NCBI GenBank assembly: GCA_944329365.1
Contig: CALVIC010000003.1
Coordinates: forward strand, 8,437 to 72,436
Source of the DNA: an uncultured Bacilli bacterium
GTDB taxonomy: Bacteria > Bacillota_I > Bacilli_A > RF39 > UBA660
DNA length: 64,000 nucleotides
Reading direction: 5' to 3'
This document shows, one piece after another, positions 8,238-18,123 of the stretch. The notes beneath the pieces are model-generated. The model searched no databases and had not been told where the DNA came from. It worked only from the letters and a program-made list of their open reading frames with translations. Both the position numbers and the translations under genes were made by a program. Each line of letters begins with the position of its first letter. Position 1 is the stretch's first letter.

Positions 8238-10730
8238 TTATTTTAAACATTTCATTATTTTTTCTTCGTCAGGTATTTCATCTGTTTTGCATCTTATTAA
8301 TGGAAGACAAGCTTTTTCAAATATTTTATTTTTTAACTCATCATTATGAACTTGATGAATATTTTCTTTGTTAAATGGATTATGATAACCACCATCTACT
8401 TCGATGGCTAAACGATATTCAGAAGATGCTCTATCATATATTAAAAAGTCAACATGGGAATGAATGTTCTTTTTGAATTTCATTTCTTCTTTTGTTAGTG
8501 AATCTAAGTCTTCAATGATTTCATCTAATGGTACATGAGTTATGATATCATAACCATCTATATGATTTTTGTTTAATATTTTTAATAATTCTTCATAAAA
8601 TATATCTTCACTTATAATTCCTGTCCTTTTAGCTATTTTTTGTCTTTCTCTATAATACTCTTTATATAGCAAATCAAAACAACTGTGTAGTTTACTGTTT
8701 ACTATTTTACCATCTTGATACTTTATGTACTTAATTAGATCTTGGATATTACCATTTGTATTAGTTATGGCAGAGTCATTGACTACTAGAATAAACTTAT
8801 TTATAGCTCTTGAAACAACAACATTTAATCTATTAGGTTGATCAGTAAAACTCTTGATTTTATTGTCGACACTTGAAAATATAATTATATTTTTTTCTCT
8901 TCCTTGAAATTTATCTACTGTGTCAGCCTGAACGTTAGAATAGTTTTTGAATTCTTGTTTTAATAGATTACTTTGATTTACATATGGAGAAATAATACCA
9001 ATCGATTCATCATTATATGTTGAAGGAAGTATTTCTTCTCTGATTATATCTAATTGTCTTCTATTTACGTGATCTCGAGCGTGGTTACCAACGCTTGTAA
9101 CATACATTTGTAATGTATCTTTAGATGGTTTTGAATTAGATAAAATAATTAATTCATTATTATAAAATTTTAAGTTACAAAAGTTTATTATTTTTGGATT
9201 GCACCGGTAATGTTCTTTTAACATAGTTTTGGTTATATCAGGATAAAGTTCTATAACTGAAGATAATAGGTTATGATTTCGATAACGATATTCGTTTGAT
9301 ATTTTATACTTTAACCAGATTTGATCACTTGTAATGGCATTTTCATTTGTAACAACGTTGGATAGCTGTTTTAAATCACCAACAATAACAACATTTTTCG
9401 CACATGATAGTGATAATACCGCAGTTACTAAGTCTACCTGTGATGATTCATCGACAATTATATAATCATACATAATATTTTTTGATAAGCTTGATACTAA
9501 AGAATAGGTTGTACTTAAAATAACAGGATAATCTTTAAGAAACTCATTTGATATTCTTTTTAAATCAGATTTTTCATATTTATTTCGCTTAGCCTTTTTA
9601 TATCTTTTGGCAAGTCTATGTTTAAATATTTGCATCGATATTTCTGTATAATGTTTCATTTCTTCTTTAATATTATAGTTATTTAAACTTGTTTTTAATC
9701 TGTTAATTTCTTTTGTTAGATTAGTAATACTTTTTTTATAATAAAGATTTTTTAATTCTAAAATTATATCATTTAAGTTATTGTCAAAAATATCAAATGG
9801 TAAAAGTCCATATTTAATAAAATATTTTATTTTTGAATATATAGAGATTGTCGATTTGTTTTCTAATTCAAGCCATAATTTTAGTATGTTTTTATAATTT
9901 GGATTACGCCACCATTTTATAGTAATATTTTTTGTTCTTGTTTTATAATATTTTGTAAATTGTTTTGATTCTAATTTTATGGCTTCTAGATGCTGAATAT
10001 CTTTGGCAAGTTTATTTTGATCTTCTAGTTTTCTATTTAACTCATATTCTTTATTGTTTAGAAAATTTATTTTGTTTTCAGCTTCTTCATCAGTTAGTAA
10101 CCATGCATCTAAGTTTGGTAAATCTTTTTGATTTTCAATAAATTCTGTTTTGTTTTTTTCTTTGCCAAGAAAAGCAACCAGAAAATCTAAATTATTGCTT
10201 TTTAACTTATCATAAACATTTTGAATAGCTGCATTATTATTGGAAACAACGGCAACCGTTTCTCCATTCATAACTAAATTAGAAATAATATTTAAGATTG
10301 TTTGAGTTTTTCCTGTTCCTGGAGGACCTTCTATAACGCTTATTCTATTTGTAATTGCTCTTTCTGTAGCCAGTTTTTGGCTTTGATTAAAGCCGAAGGG
10401 AAACCTTACATGTCTAACCATTCTATATGCTGGTGGTAAAGTACCTTTTAAATAACAATTTAAAATACTATCTTTATTTAAGTTATCTAACTTTTTATAT
10501 CTTGAACCAAGAACATTATATTCACCAACCACTATGCTTATTTTTTCAGCTAATTCTTTAAAATATTTTAGATTGTTTTCAAAATTATTGTTTTCTATTT
10601 TTATTCTTTCATTTGAATAATTATATTGTTTATCACTGCTTTTAAATTTAATAATATAGTTTTTATTATTTAATTTTATACTTTCAATCTCTTTTGTTTT
10701 ATCTACATCGTCAATTAAAATTCTTCTCAT
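8238..10730 (-). CDS. SF1 (Upf1/DNA2-like, COG1112-type) helicase fused to a C-terminal DUF559/Vsr-like restriction-endonuclease-fold domain
   Basis: Helicase motifs: Walker [14 protein letters not shown], motif II YIIVDESSQVD, VVIVGDLKQL, EHYRCNPKI, DKFQGREKNIIIFS, LNVVVSRA. The C-terminal ~130 aa contain HVDFLIYDR...YRLAIEVDGGYH. The ORF-track start at 10736 is TTG. ATG at 10730 with GGAG 7 nt upstream is preferred. Confidence 0.65.
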   Translation of the reverse strand: MRRILIDDVDKTKEIESIKLNNKNYIIKFKSSDKQYNYSNERIKIENNNFENNLKYFKELAEKISIVVGEYNVLGSRYKKLDNLNKDSILNCYLKGTLPPAYRMVRHVRFPFGFNQSQKLATERAITNRISVIEGPPGTGKTQTILNIISNLVMNGETVAVVSNNNAAIQNVYDKLKSNNLDFLVAFLGKEKNKTEFIENQKDLPNLDAWLLTDEEAENKINFLNNKEYELNRKLEDQNKLAKDIQHLEAIKLESKQFTKYYKTRTKNITIKWWRNPNYKNILKLWLELENKSTISIYSKIKYFIKYGLLPFDIFDNNLNDIILELKNLYYKKSITNLTKEINRLKTSLNNYNIKEEMKHYTEISMQIFKHRLAKRYKKAKRNKYEKSDLKRISNEFLKDYPVILSTTYSLVSSLSKNIMYDYIIVDESSQVDLVTAVLSLSCAKNVVIVGDLKQLSNVVTNENAITSDQIWLKYKISNEYRYRNHNLLSSVIELYPDITKTMLKEHYRCNPKIINFCNLKFYNNELIILSNSKPSKDTLQMYVTSVGNHARDHVNRRQLDIIREEILPSTYNDESIGIISPYVNQSNLLKQEFKNYSNVQADTVDKFQGREKNIIIFSSVDNKIKSFTDQPNRLNVVVSRAINKFILVVNDSAITNTNGNIQDLIKYIKYQDGKIVNSKLHSCFDLLYKEYYRERQKIAKRTGIISEDIFYEELLKILNKNHIDGYDIITHVPLDEIIEDLDSLTKEEMKFKKNIHSHVDFLIYDRASSEYRLAIEVDGGYHNPFNKENIHQVHNDELKNKIFEKACLPLIRCKTDEIPDEEKIMKCLK

Positions 10731-10864
10731 ACACAAACTCCATTACTTTCTTAGTATATCATAATAAAAATAAAACACCAATTTTGATATGATGTTTTGA
10801 ATATTATATTAATTAAAATTTATATGATAAAAAGATTATATTCTAATTAAAGAATTTTTTCTTT

Positions 10865-13800
10865 TTAAATTTCTGATAATTCTTTACTAATTTCTCTCAT
10901 TGAACCAATTTGCTTTGAAAACATTTTATCCCATGCATCTAAACATTTTACTATTATATCTTCTTGATTAGTTTCATACACAGCATCAAATAATTTTATT
11001 ATGAGATAATTTAAATCATTATATTTATAATAATGTGATGATGGATTGTTTATGTCATATTGTTCTATAGTGATATTTATAACGTTAAATATTAAATCAC
11101 TATATTTAATAACGTTGTTAAATTTCTTTGTTAAAATATGAATAAATTTCTCTATAAATTCCTGTGAATCTAATGTTTTAAGTAATTCTATAATAAACTC
11201 ACTATCTTCCGATAAGCTTAATCCATTTTCTCCAAACAATTTATATGGATTTATTCTAACATCTTTGTATGTCGCAAATATTTTTATGATTTGTTTTATT
11301 TTCTCTTTATATTTATCGTATTTTATGTAAACCAATAACATGTCTATAACTGATTCTTTTATGATTTTATCATTACTCTTATTTAATATATCATCTTCGA
11401 ATTTACTATAAAAAAGATAAAAATCAACGAGTAGATAAGAATAAATTCTTTTTATATATTCACTATTAATATTTATTCCATGTAAAATTATTTTTATTAT
11501 GTCTTCTTTATAAGTTACACTCTTTTTGTATATAAAATGAAGAATATTCCTACTTGAATTATATCCATAAATATAATCATTAGAATATAGAGAAATTATA
11601 TTTCTGCTTGCAAAATCAAAATCATATTTTAAAAGCCAGCTTAAAATCGTCATACTTGAATATTTGATAACTTCATCTTTTGACATAATCATATCTTCAG
11701 CTACTTCAATAAATTCACTTGCATATTTTAAACTGTTTGATAATATATTACCAATGGCTGAGGCAAGCTTATAAATAGACGAATTTATTACTTTCACTTC
11801 TAATACTTCAGCTTTATCTCTATAACCATTATCGTTATCAAGAATATAATTACTATCAATTTTATTTTCTTTTATATCACTATATATTTGCATTAACATT
11901 TTTATTGTTCCTTTGTTCCAATTGACTTCTTCTTTTTTAGCAATGATTTCACAAATAAATGGTGCATATTTGTAATTGTCATTATATTTAAAAGTATTAA
12001 ATAGTATTTCCAACTTATCAATAGAAATCTCATCCAATACATTAGATGAAGCTAATGTGCTATATAATGTAATAACATATTCCGTAATAATAACAGAAGA
12101 ATTTATTATAAACAAGTCAATAAATGCATTAGGATTTTGCTGTATATTTATTGATAATGACGACTGAAATTCATATAAACTTCTATCTATGAATACGCCT
12201 TTTTTGCTATCATATATAGATTCATGATTATTTATTATTTTTTTATTTGTTAATATTTTAAGCCAACTTTGCATACTAATTTCTTTGTCCGCAATTGGTG
12301 ATATAACACTGCCATATTCAAAATGTTTTAAATCAAAAATCGAAAATTTTATATTATAAAATTTTCTATTCAAGACTTGTTTTAGCTGTTGAGCTTTGCT
12401 ATTTAAATATTTATCAGGTATTACATTTAATATTTCATATTGAAAATCTCCCCAATAGCTTATATAATTAGCATTACTGAAATCTTTTTTCTTTAGTTCA
12501 ATACCTTTTTTACATCTTTCAATTATATCTTCTGGCTTATAATTTATAACATTAGTCATCATTTTGTCTAAGGTATCTTTGTCAATATGATTTATAAATT
12601 TTTTTATTATTTTTTTTAGTATACTTATTGACTGTTTTTCTTTGCTAGTATATTCAAAACAGTTATTATTAATATCATTAAATAAATAACTAATTACTTC
12701 ATTTGCAGCTTTTAATGGCATACATAAAAATCCATATAAAATCAACTCATTACAAATATAAAATCCTTTATTAAGATAACACTTAAATAACTTCCAAAAT
12801 TCTTTATAGTCTGTCTCCACTATATTTTTAGTTGCTTCTTTTAACAATGAAATTATAATTCTCTGGACTGTCACTTCATTCCAATCATTGTTATTCCAGT
12901 CGTATAAATTAAACTTTTCTTTTGTTTTTGGAATTAATGGTAATAATGTATTAATAATTGTTATATTTTCTTTAACATTATGTTTTCCTTCATAATCAAT
13001 AAGATGCTTTTCAGAATATATTATATTTTGCTTTTTTAATTGCAGATGTTTTCCTAAAAATTCAATATATTTAATAGCTCTATATTCATTACATTTTATT
13101 AGTTCATCCAAATCCAAATATGAATTTATTAATAAATCGCTATACTTTTCATATATTTTTAAGCGTAGTTTGAATAATTCGTCAGTATCATATACTACGT
13201 CAATAGGTAATACTTCATATAATTCTTTATCAATTTGGTTATCTATAAAAAGATATTTTTTTATGAAATTTGTTTCAATTTTGTCATAATTATGATTAAT
13301 ACTTTTTAATAAATCAATCACATATTTTTTCTTTAAATGGTCTTGAATCCATTTATCAAAAACTCCGTTCGTTATTAATAGTTCAATCATTTCTTGATGA
13401 TTCATAAAGACTGTGTTTATAAAAATTTCAAACAAAGCTTTTTTATTATAATTATCAAGTATATATTGTTTGATTTTACCAGATAAATTCGTAGAAAGTC
13501 CTAACACTTCAAATGCAACATACTTCATATATGTTCGAATATTTTTACTATTAATAATTGAGTTTATACAATTCAAAAATTTCTCATCATCAATTTCATA
13601 TATTCGTTCTAAAAACATCTGTAATTGATATCTCTTATTTGGTAATTGCTTATTATAATCACCTATAAGAGATTCTATTGGTTTTTCTTCAAAATACTCT
13701 TCTATCATTTTTTCTACTGAAAAATAATCTAATAAACTTTGATGAGAAAAGGATATCATATTATCACTGCGTATTAAAAATGATTGTGAAAGTAAAAATT

Positions 13801-15400
13801 CAATAGAATGAGTATAATTACTTAATAAAAACTCTGGTAATGATATTTTACCTAATTTATTCATTTTATTAACTATTTCATTTTTTAAATTCGATAAATT
13901 GCATTCAGAAATACCTTTTTTTTCTCCTTCTTTTATAAGCTGTTGCCACCAGCTTGATATTAAATCACAGGTTGTACGAATGCCAGTTATATCATTTTCT
14001 TTTTTTATTTTCATAAAGATAAATAAATTGCTCGGAATTTTCAATAATTTTTTTAATTTAGAATTATAATTTTTATATTCTGGTCCAACAATAGAATTTA
14101 CGCAATCATCATTTAAACTATTAATATTGATTTTGACCCAGTTTTTTCTATTCTTTTCTATCATTCCTATAAACGACGGGTCGTTTTCAACATCAAAAGT
14201 TCTGCATACTAATATAATAGAAATTTTAATTTTTCTATCAAAATTGATATTTCTAATTTCTTCAATAATATCATTGCAAATATCTATGGAACTTCGACTA
14301 TGTATAGTAGTCCATCTTAATGCATCTAATTGATCAAATATTAAAACACATTTTTTGTTATTTGAAAATTTATCTAAAATTGTTGAAAGATATGTAGAAA
14401 ATCCTAATTTTTTACTCCATTCTAAACTATTATATTCTGGCATATATTTATCTAATTTAATTGCTAAATATTGATAGTCATTGGTTTCTAAGAAATTAAT
14501 TAATCCATATATTATTCCACTTTTACCATATCCTGCTTTGCCTGATATCATGATTGATTTTTCGTTATTAATGTTTGCAATTATATTTTCTAATTCTGGT
14601 CTATTTATATAATTATTATTTATTAATTTTATGCTTTCTTTAAATTTTTCATTTAATCTTTTTATAATATTAAAATTTGAGTCATCATTAGCTAGAGTGT
14701 TTAAAAGCATTTTATTTGTTTTAAAAAAAGAATACAAAAATGATTTGTCAATCTCTTTACCCATTATATCTTCGTTACATACCAAATCCACAATTTTTCT
14801 ATAGTTATCTTTTGGGTTTCCATGAAATAGCATCTTAATTTGCATTAATATGAATTCTGTTATTGTATCATCAGGCATATTATTTACTTCTGTTCTTCGA
14901 AGATAATCCATTGCTTTTTTAACGTCTTCCATATTATTGTAATCAAGTTCAAGTTCATGACAATATTTTTTAAAATCAGAAAAAGTTGTTGTGCTTTTTT
15001 TTATCTGCTCATTATAAAATAATTTAACATCTCCATTGTTGTTTTTTGCTCTGCTTATTAAATCTGATAGACTTATAAAGGATATTGGAGATTCAAGAAC
15101 TACAACATTATCTTTAGACCTGTCTAAGTGAAATTTCCATTTTTTTAGTAAATCGTAGGATTTTAGTCCAGAAAAAGTCCAATTATTATTACTTCCATTA
15201 CGAAATTTACACTGAATATATTTTTTAGTACCATCAAAATTTGTAATGACTATATCAGTTGCTACTTCGTTATCACCTAAGCCTTCAAACATACAGCTAC
15301 TAACTTTTTCTTCAACAACATCTAATAATGACTTTATAATGCAATTTCTTTCATATCTATTTCCTAATTTATCTGCCCTTCCAGCTGGTTCACTAGCCAT
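10865..15400 (-). CDS. Nuclease-NTPase-repeat giant: N-terminal Cap4/DUF4297-like PD-(D/E)xK nuclease, central P-loop STAND-like NTPase, about 1000-aa alpha-helical repeat C-terminus (Avs-like)
   Basis: 1511 aa. N-terminus reads LGNRYERNCI...FEGLG...ATDIVITNFDGTKKYIQCKF. Walker A ISGKAGYGKSG (aa 286-294). Walker B-like CVLIFDQLDAL. The remainder is leucine/isoleucine-rich helical sequence. AGGAGG RBS upstream of the ATG. Confidence 0.55.
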   Translation of the reverse strand: MASEPAGRADKLGNRYERNCIIKSLLDVVEEKVSSCMFEGLGDNEVATDIVITNFDGTKKYIQCKFRNGSNNNWTFSGLKSYDLLKKWKFHLDRSKDNVVVLESPISFISLSDLISRAKNNNGDVKLFYNEQIKKSTTTFSDFKKYCHELELDYNNMEDVKKAMDYLRRTEVNNMPDDTITEFILMQIKMLFHGNPKDNYRKIVDLVCNEDIMGKEIDKSFLYSFFKTNKMLLNTLANDDSNFNIIKRLNEKFKESIKLINNNYINRPELENIIANINNEKSIMISGKAGYGKSGIIYGLINFLETNDYQYLAIKLDKYMPEYNSLEWSKKLGFSTYLSTILDKFSNNKKCVLIFDQLDALRWTTIHSRSSIDICNDIIEEIRNINFDRKIKISIILVCRTFDVENDPSFIGMIEKNRKNWVKININSLNDDCVNSIVGPEYKNYNSKLKKLLKIPSNLFIFMKIKKENDITGIRTTCDLISSWWQQLIKEGEKKGISECNLSNLKNEIVNKMNKLGKISLPEFLLSNYTHSIEFLLSQSFLIRSDNMISFSHQSLLDYFSVEKMIEEYFEEKPIESLIGDYNKQLPNKRYQLQMFLERIYEIDDEKFLNCINSIINSKNIRTYMKYVAFEVLGLSTNLSGKIKQYILDNYNKKALFEIFINTVFMNHQEMIELLITNGVFDKWIQDHLKKKYVIDLLKSINHNYDKIETNFIKKYLFIDNQIDKELYEVLPIDVVYDTDELFKLRLKIYEKYSDLLINSYLDLDELIKCNEYRAIKYIEFLGKHLQLKKQNIIYSEKHLIDYEGKHNVKENITIINTLLPLIPKTKEKFNLYDWNNNDWNEVTVQRIIISLLKEATKNIVETDYKEFWKLFKCYLNKGFYICNELILYGFLCMPLKAANEVISYLFNDINNNCFEYTSKEKQSISILKKIIKKFINHIDKDTLDKMMTNVINYKPEDIIERCKKGIELKKKDFSNANYISYWGDFQYEILNVIPDKYLNSKAQQLKQVLNRKFYNIKFSIFDLKHFEYGSVISPIADKEISMQSWLKILTNKKIINNHESIYDSKKGVFIDRSLYEFQSSLSINIQQNPNAFIDLFIINSSVIITEYVITLYSTLASSNVLDEISIDKLEILFNTFKYNDNYKYAPFICEIIAKKEEVNWNKGTIKMLMQIYSDIKENKIDSNYILDNDNGYRDKAEVLEVKVINSSIYKLASAIGNILSNSLKYASEFIEVAEDMIMSKDEVIKYSSMTILSWLLKYDFDFASRNIISLYSNDYIYGYNSSRNILHFIYKKSVTYKEDIIKIILHGININSEYIKRIYSYLLVDFYLFYSKFEDDILNKSNDKIIKESVIDMLLVYIKYDKYKEKIKQIIKIFATYKDVRINPYKLFGENGLSLSEDSEFIIELLKTLDSQEFIEKFIHILTKKFNNVIKYSDLIFNVINITIEQYDINNPSSHYYKYNDLNYLIIKLFDAVYETNQEDIIVKCLDAWDKMFSKQIGSMREISKELSEI

Positions 15401-15695
15401 ATTTTACCTCCTACAGCAAAAGATAGTATAGTATTATGTTATCTTGTGCGTCATAATAGTTAATAAGTTTATCTGATTTTTTTAAATAATCTTCACTATG
15501 CCATAATATTGTTTTATAAAAGATAAACTGAAATCATCTAATATTTCTCATTTTTTACAATATTTATTTTTATCTATAACTAAAAAACGCAGCACAAAAA
15601 CATAAAGCCTGTACTAGCGCTCTTTTATATATAATATAATATTTTAGAACTGATTGTCAGATAAACTAATGAATTTATCAAAAAAAATTATGATT

Positions 15696-17570
15696 TTATT
15701 GATTAATTTTACTTTTAAAATAATATTGTAATTTTTTGTTTGTACAGTACACATAACAACCTTTCATTCCTCTTGTCATAAGTGTTCTATATGTGTTTTT
15801 TATAATTTTATCTGCTATTTCATTTGCTACCTCTTGTCCTTGCTCTTTTGCAATTTTATGTATTCCTTTCAATGATTGATCAGTTTTAGCTCTTTTTGTA
15901 TAATCAGTAACAATATGACCATCTTCATACCTAATATCATCCCCAATTATTACTCCAACATAATCAAATTCTAATCCCTGACAAGTGTGAATACAACCAA
16001 CTTCATTTACTGATGTTGAATCAATTGCCCAGGTTTGAGAATTACCTAAATTCCAGCTCATTTCAAAATTATATTCTGGGATTACTATATCGTGAACATT
16101 AGAATTATTTTTACCATTGCTAATCCAATTCCAACAATATCCTGCAACCAATCTTGATTTATTATTTATTTTATTTTTTTCTTCTATTAATCTTCTTAAT
16201 TCATTTGGATTATCTATTACTTTAAAATCATAATCAAAATCCATACCATCGAAGTTTGCTGTTTTTCTTATTTCTAAAACGTTATCTAGCCAAGCAAGAT
16301 AACCATCTGACCCATTACATCTAAATTGACTTTCTAATTCAACTACTTTAATTCCGGCGTTTAATTCTTTAGCAAATTTTTTTATTTCATCTACTGACCC
16401 AATATCTTTTAATGTAACTTTTTGGTCTTCATCAATGAAAAATATTGAAAAATTTGAAGCATTAATAATTTCTTTAATTTGATTTTCTCCTAGATTTTGG
16501 AACATTCCTGATTTTGCATTTAATCTATGTGCTTCATCGACAATTAAGCAATCAACTTCATTGCTTTCGGCTTCTGTAAAATTTCCTGAACCTTGAAATA
16601 AATTGTTAATATATGACATTTTGAAAGAACCTTTTAATTTATCTCTAAATACTGCTCTTGGAGCAGCGTTCTTTGTTACATAAAAACATGTCATATTTCG
16701 GCTAGTAAGTTCTACTAATAAGTTAATTGCTAAAACTGATTTTCCAGTTCCCGGTCCTCCTTGTACTACCAATACATTTTTCTCATTTGCAGATAAAGTA
16801 TCGATTGCCATTCTAATAGCATCTTCATAAATGACCTTTTGCTCATCAATCATATTAAATTCTTTGTTGCCCTGTAACATTTTTGTAAGAGAGTCTTGAA
16901 GTCGTTTTGATGGTCTTATTTTTCCATTTTCAATTTTATATAGAGTTTCTCTATCGTCTCCTTCAAGAATATATTTTTTTATAAAATTTCTTAATTTTAT
17001 AAAATCATTTGCTCCAAACATAGGTGCTTCATTTATATATTCTTGATATTGACTACTACAAATCGGGTCATCTTTACTTAATACATAGTTATGTAAAAAG
17101 GCACAAGGATATAGGCCTATATCTTCTAATTGTACAGTTTCATTAAAATCTCTAATTAAATTTGCATAACTCATAGCTTGATAGGAAGGATGAGTCACTT
17201 CTCTTATGGCATGGCCAGTAAATGTTGAAACTATTCCGTCTTTACCTTCAACTGCTTCACATTTTTCCCACTGCTTTAATTCTATAATAATAACCGAATT
17301 TTTTTTATTTTTATCTCTTCCTGATAAAATAAAGTCTATTCTTTTAGATGTTGTTGGAATATTAAATTCGATTGCTACACCTGCATTATCTGGTATTTCT
17401 TTGTCATCTAAGACTCCTCTCATATATTGCATAGAATTCTTCCAAGAATTTAATTGGGGATCACTTGCTCTTCCAAAATACTTTTGATACTTTTCATATA
17501 TTTTATTTACAATTAAATTTAAATTTACATCATTAATGAATCCTGATTTTACTCCTTCATACACCAACAT
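15696..17570 (-). CDS. DUF2075 family protein (Schlafen-group-III-like ATPase/helicase with an N-terminal nuclease-like module)
   Basis: 624 aa. The N-terminus is typical of the family: SWKNSMQYM...IEFNIPTTSKRIDFILSG...VIIIELKQWE. Walker A VVQGGPGTGKSVLA, Walker B CLIVDEAHRL, then FFIDEDQKV. AAGGAG RBS. Start lies 28 nt after the MazG stop. Confidence 0.75.
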   Translation of the reverse strand: MLVYEGVKSGFINDVNLNLIVNKIYEKYQKYFGRASDPQLNSWKNSMQYMRGVLDDKEIPDNAGVAIEFNIPTTSKRIDFILSGRDKNKKNSVIIIELKQWEKCEAVEGKDGIVSTFTGHAIREVTHPSYQAMSYANLIRDFNETVQLEDIGLYPCAFLHNYVLSKDDPICSSQYQEYINEAPMFGANDFIKLRNFIKKYILEGDDRETLYKIENGKIRPSKRLQDSLTKMLQGNKEFNMIDEQKVIYEDAIRMAIDTLSANEKNVLVVQGGPGTGKSVLAINLLVELTSRNMTCFYVTKNAAPRAVFRDKLKGSFKMSYINNLFQGSGNFTEAESNEVDCLIVDEAHRLNAKSGMFQNLGENQIKEIINASNFSIFFIDEDQKVTLKDIGSVDEIKKFAKELNAGIKVVELESQFRCNGSDGYLAWLDNVLEIRKTANFDGMDFDYDFKVIDNPNELRRLIEEKNKINNKSRLVAGYCWNWISNGKNNSNVHDIVIPEYNFEMSWNLGNSQTWAIDSTSVNEVGCIHTCQGLEFDYVGVIIGDDIRYEDGHIVTDYTKRAKTDQSLKGIHKIAKEQGQEVANEIADKIIKNTYRTLMTRGMKGCYVYCTNKKLQYYFKSKINQ

Positions 17571-17598
17571 TTTTCATACTCCTTACTACATTAATAAT

Positions 17599-17916
17599 TT
17601 ATTGTAATTTTGTATATTTTGTACTTACTCCCTTAGCTTTATCTATGGGATATTTTTTAGCAGTAATTTTCATCTTATCTAAAATAATTTGTTCGGGGTC
17701 TGCTCCCAATTTATCTGCAAGCAATAATGAATAATTAAGTACATCAGCAAGTTCTGATTTTACCTCATCAATATTATAATTAGAGTTCCATTGAAAGCAT
17801 TCTAATAGTTCGCCTGCCTCTATAGAAATTGATTTTGCTAAATTCTCTGGACTATGAAATTGATCCCAGTCTCGTTCTTCAGTAAATTGTTTTATCTCTT
17901 TTATAAGATTTTTCAT
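17599..17916 (-). CDS. MazG-like nucleotide pyrophosphohydrolase
   Basis: 105 aa. ERDWDQFHSPENLAKSISIEAGELLECFQW with the ExxE metal motif is typical of small MazG-like pyrophosphohydrolases. Confidence 0.8.
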   Translation of the reverse strand: MKNLIKEIKQFTEERDWDQFHSPENLAKSISIEAGELLECFQWNSNYNIDEVKSELADVLNYSLLLADKLGADPEQIILDKMKITAKKYPIDKAKGVSTKYTKLQ

Positions 17917-18123
17917 TTTTACATCTCCTAAAATAACTTTTTCATAATTAAGTTTTATTTTCTTATTCTATATAGTAATGTTTTAAATCCTTTTTACTTC
18001 ATCAATCATTAGTTTTCCTAATTCGTTCTCTTTTTATGACTTTTTCACTCATATAATCACCACTGATATTTATGATTTATTATAGCATGTTAATTTATAA
18101 TTAGTAAATCAATATATCAATGA

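Noticed and set aside
11976-15431. Plus-strand ORFs 11976-12167, 14127-14333 and 15246-15431, antisense to the 1511-aa gene
   Set aside because: Same reasoning: short antisense frames inside a long, motif-bearing ORF, with no start context.
17206-17487. 93-aa plus-strand ORF antisense to the DUF2075 gene
   Set aside because: It is embedded in the best-supported part of the DUF2075 N-terminus. There is no RBS and no recognisable motif.
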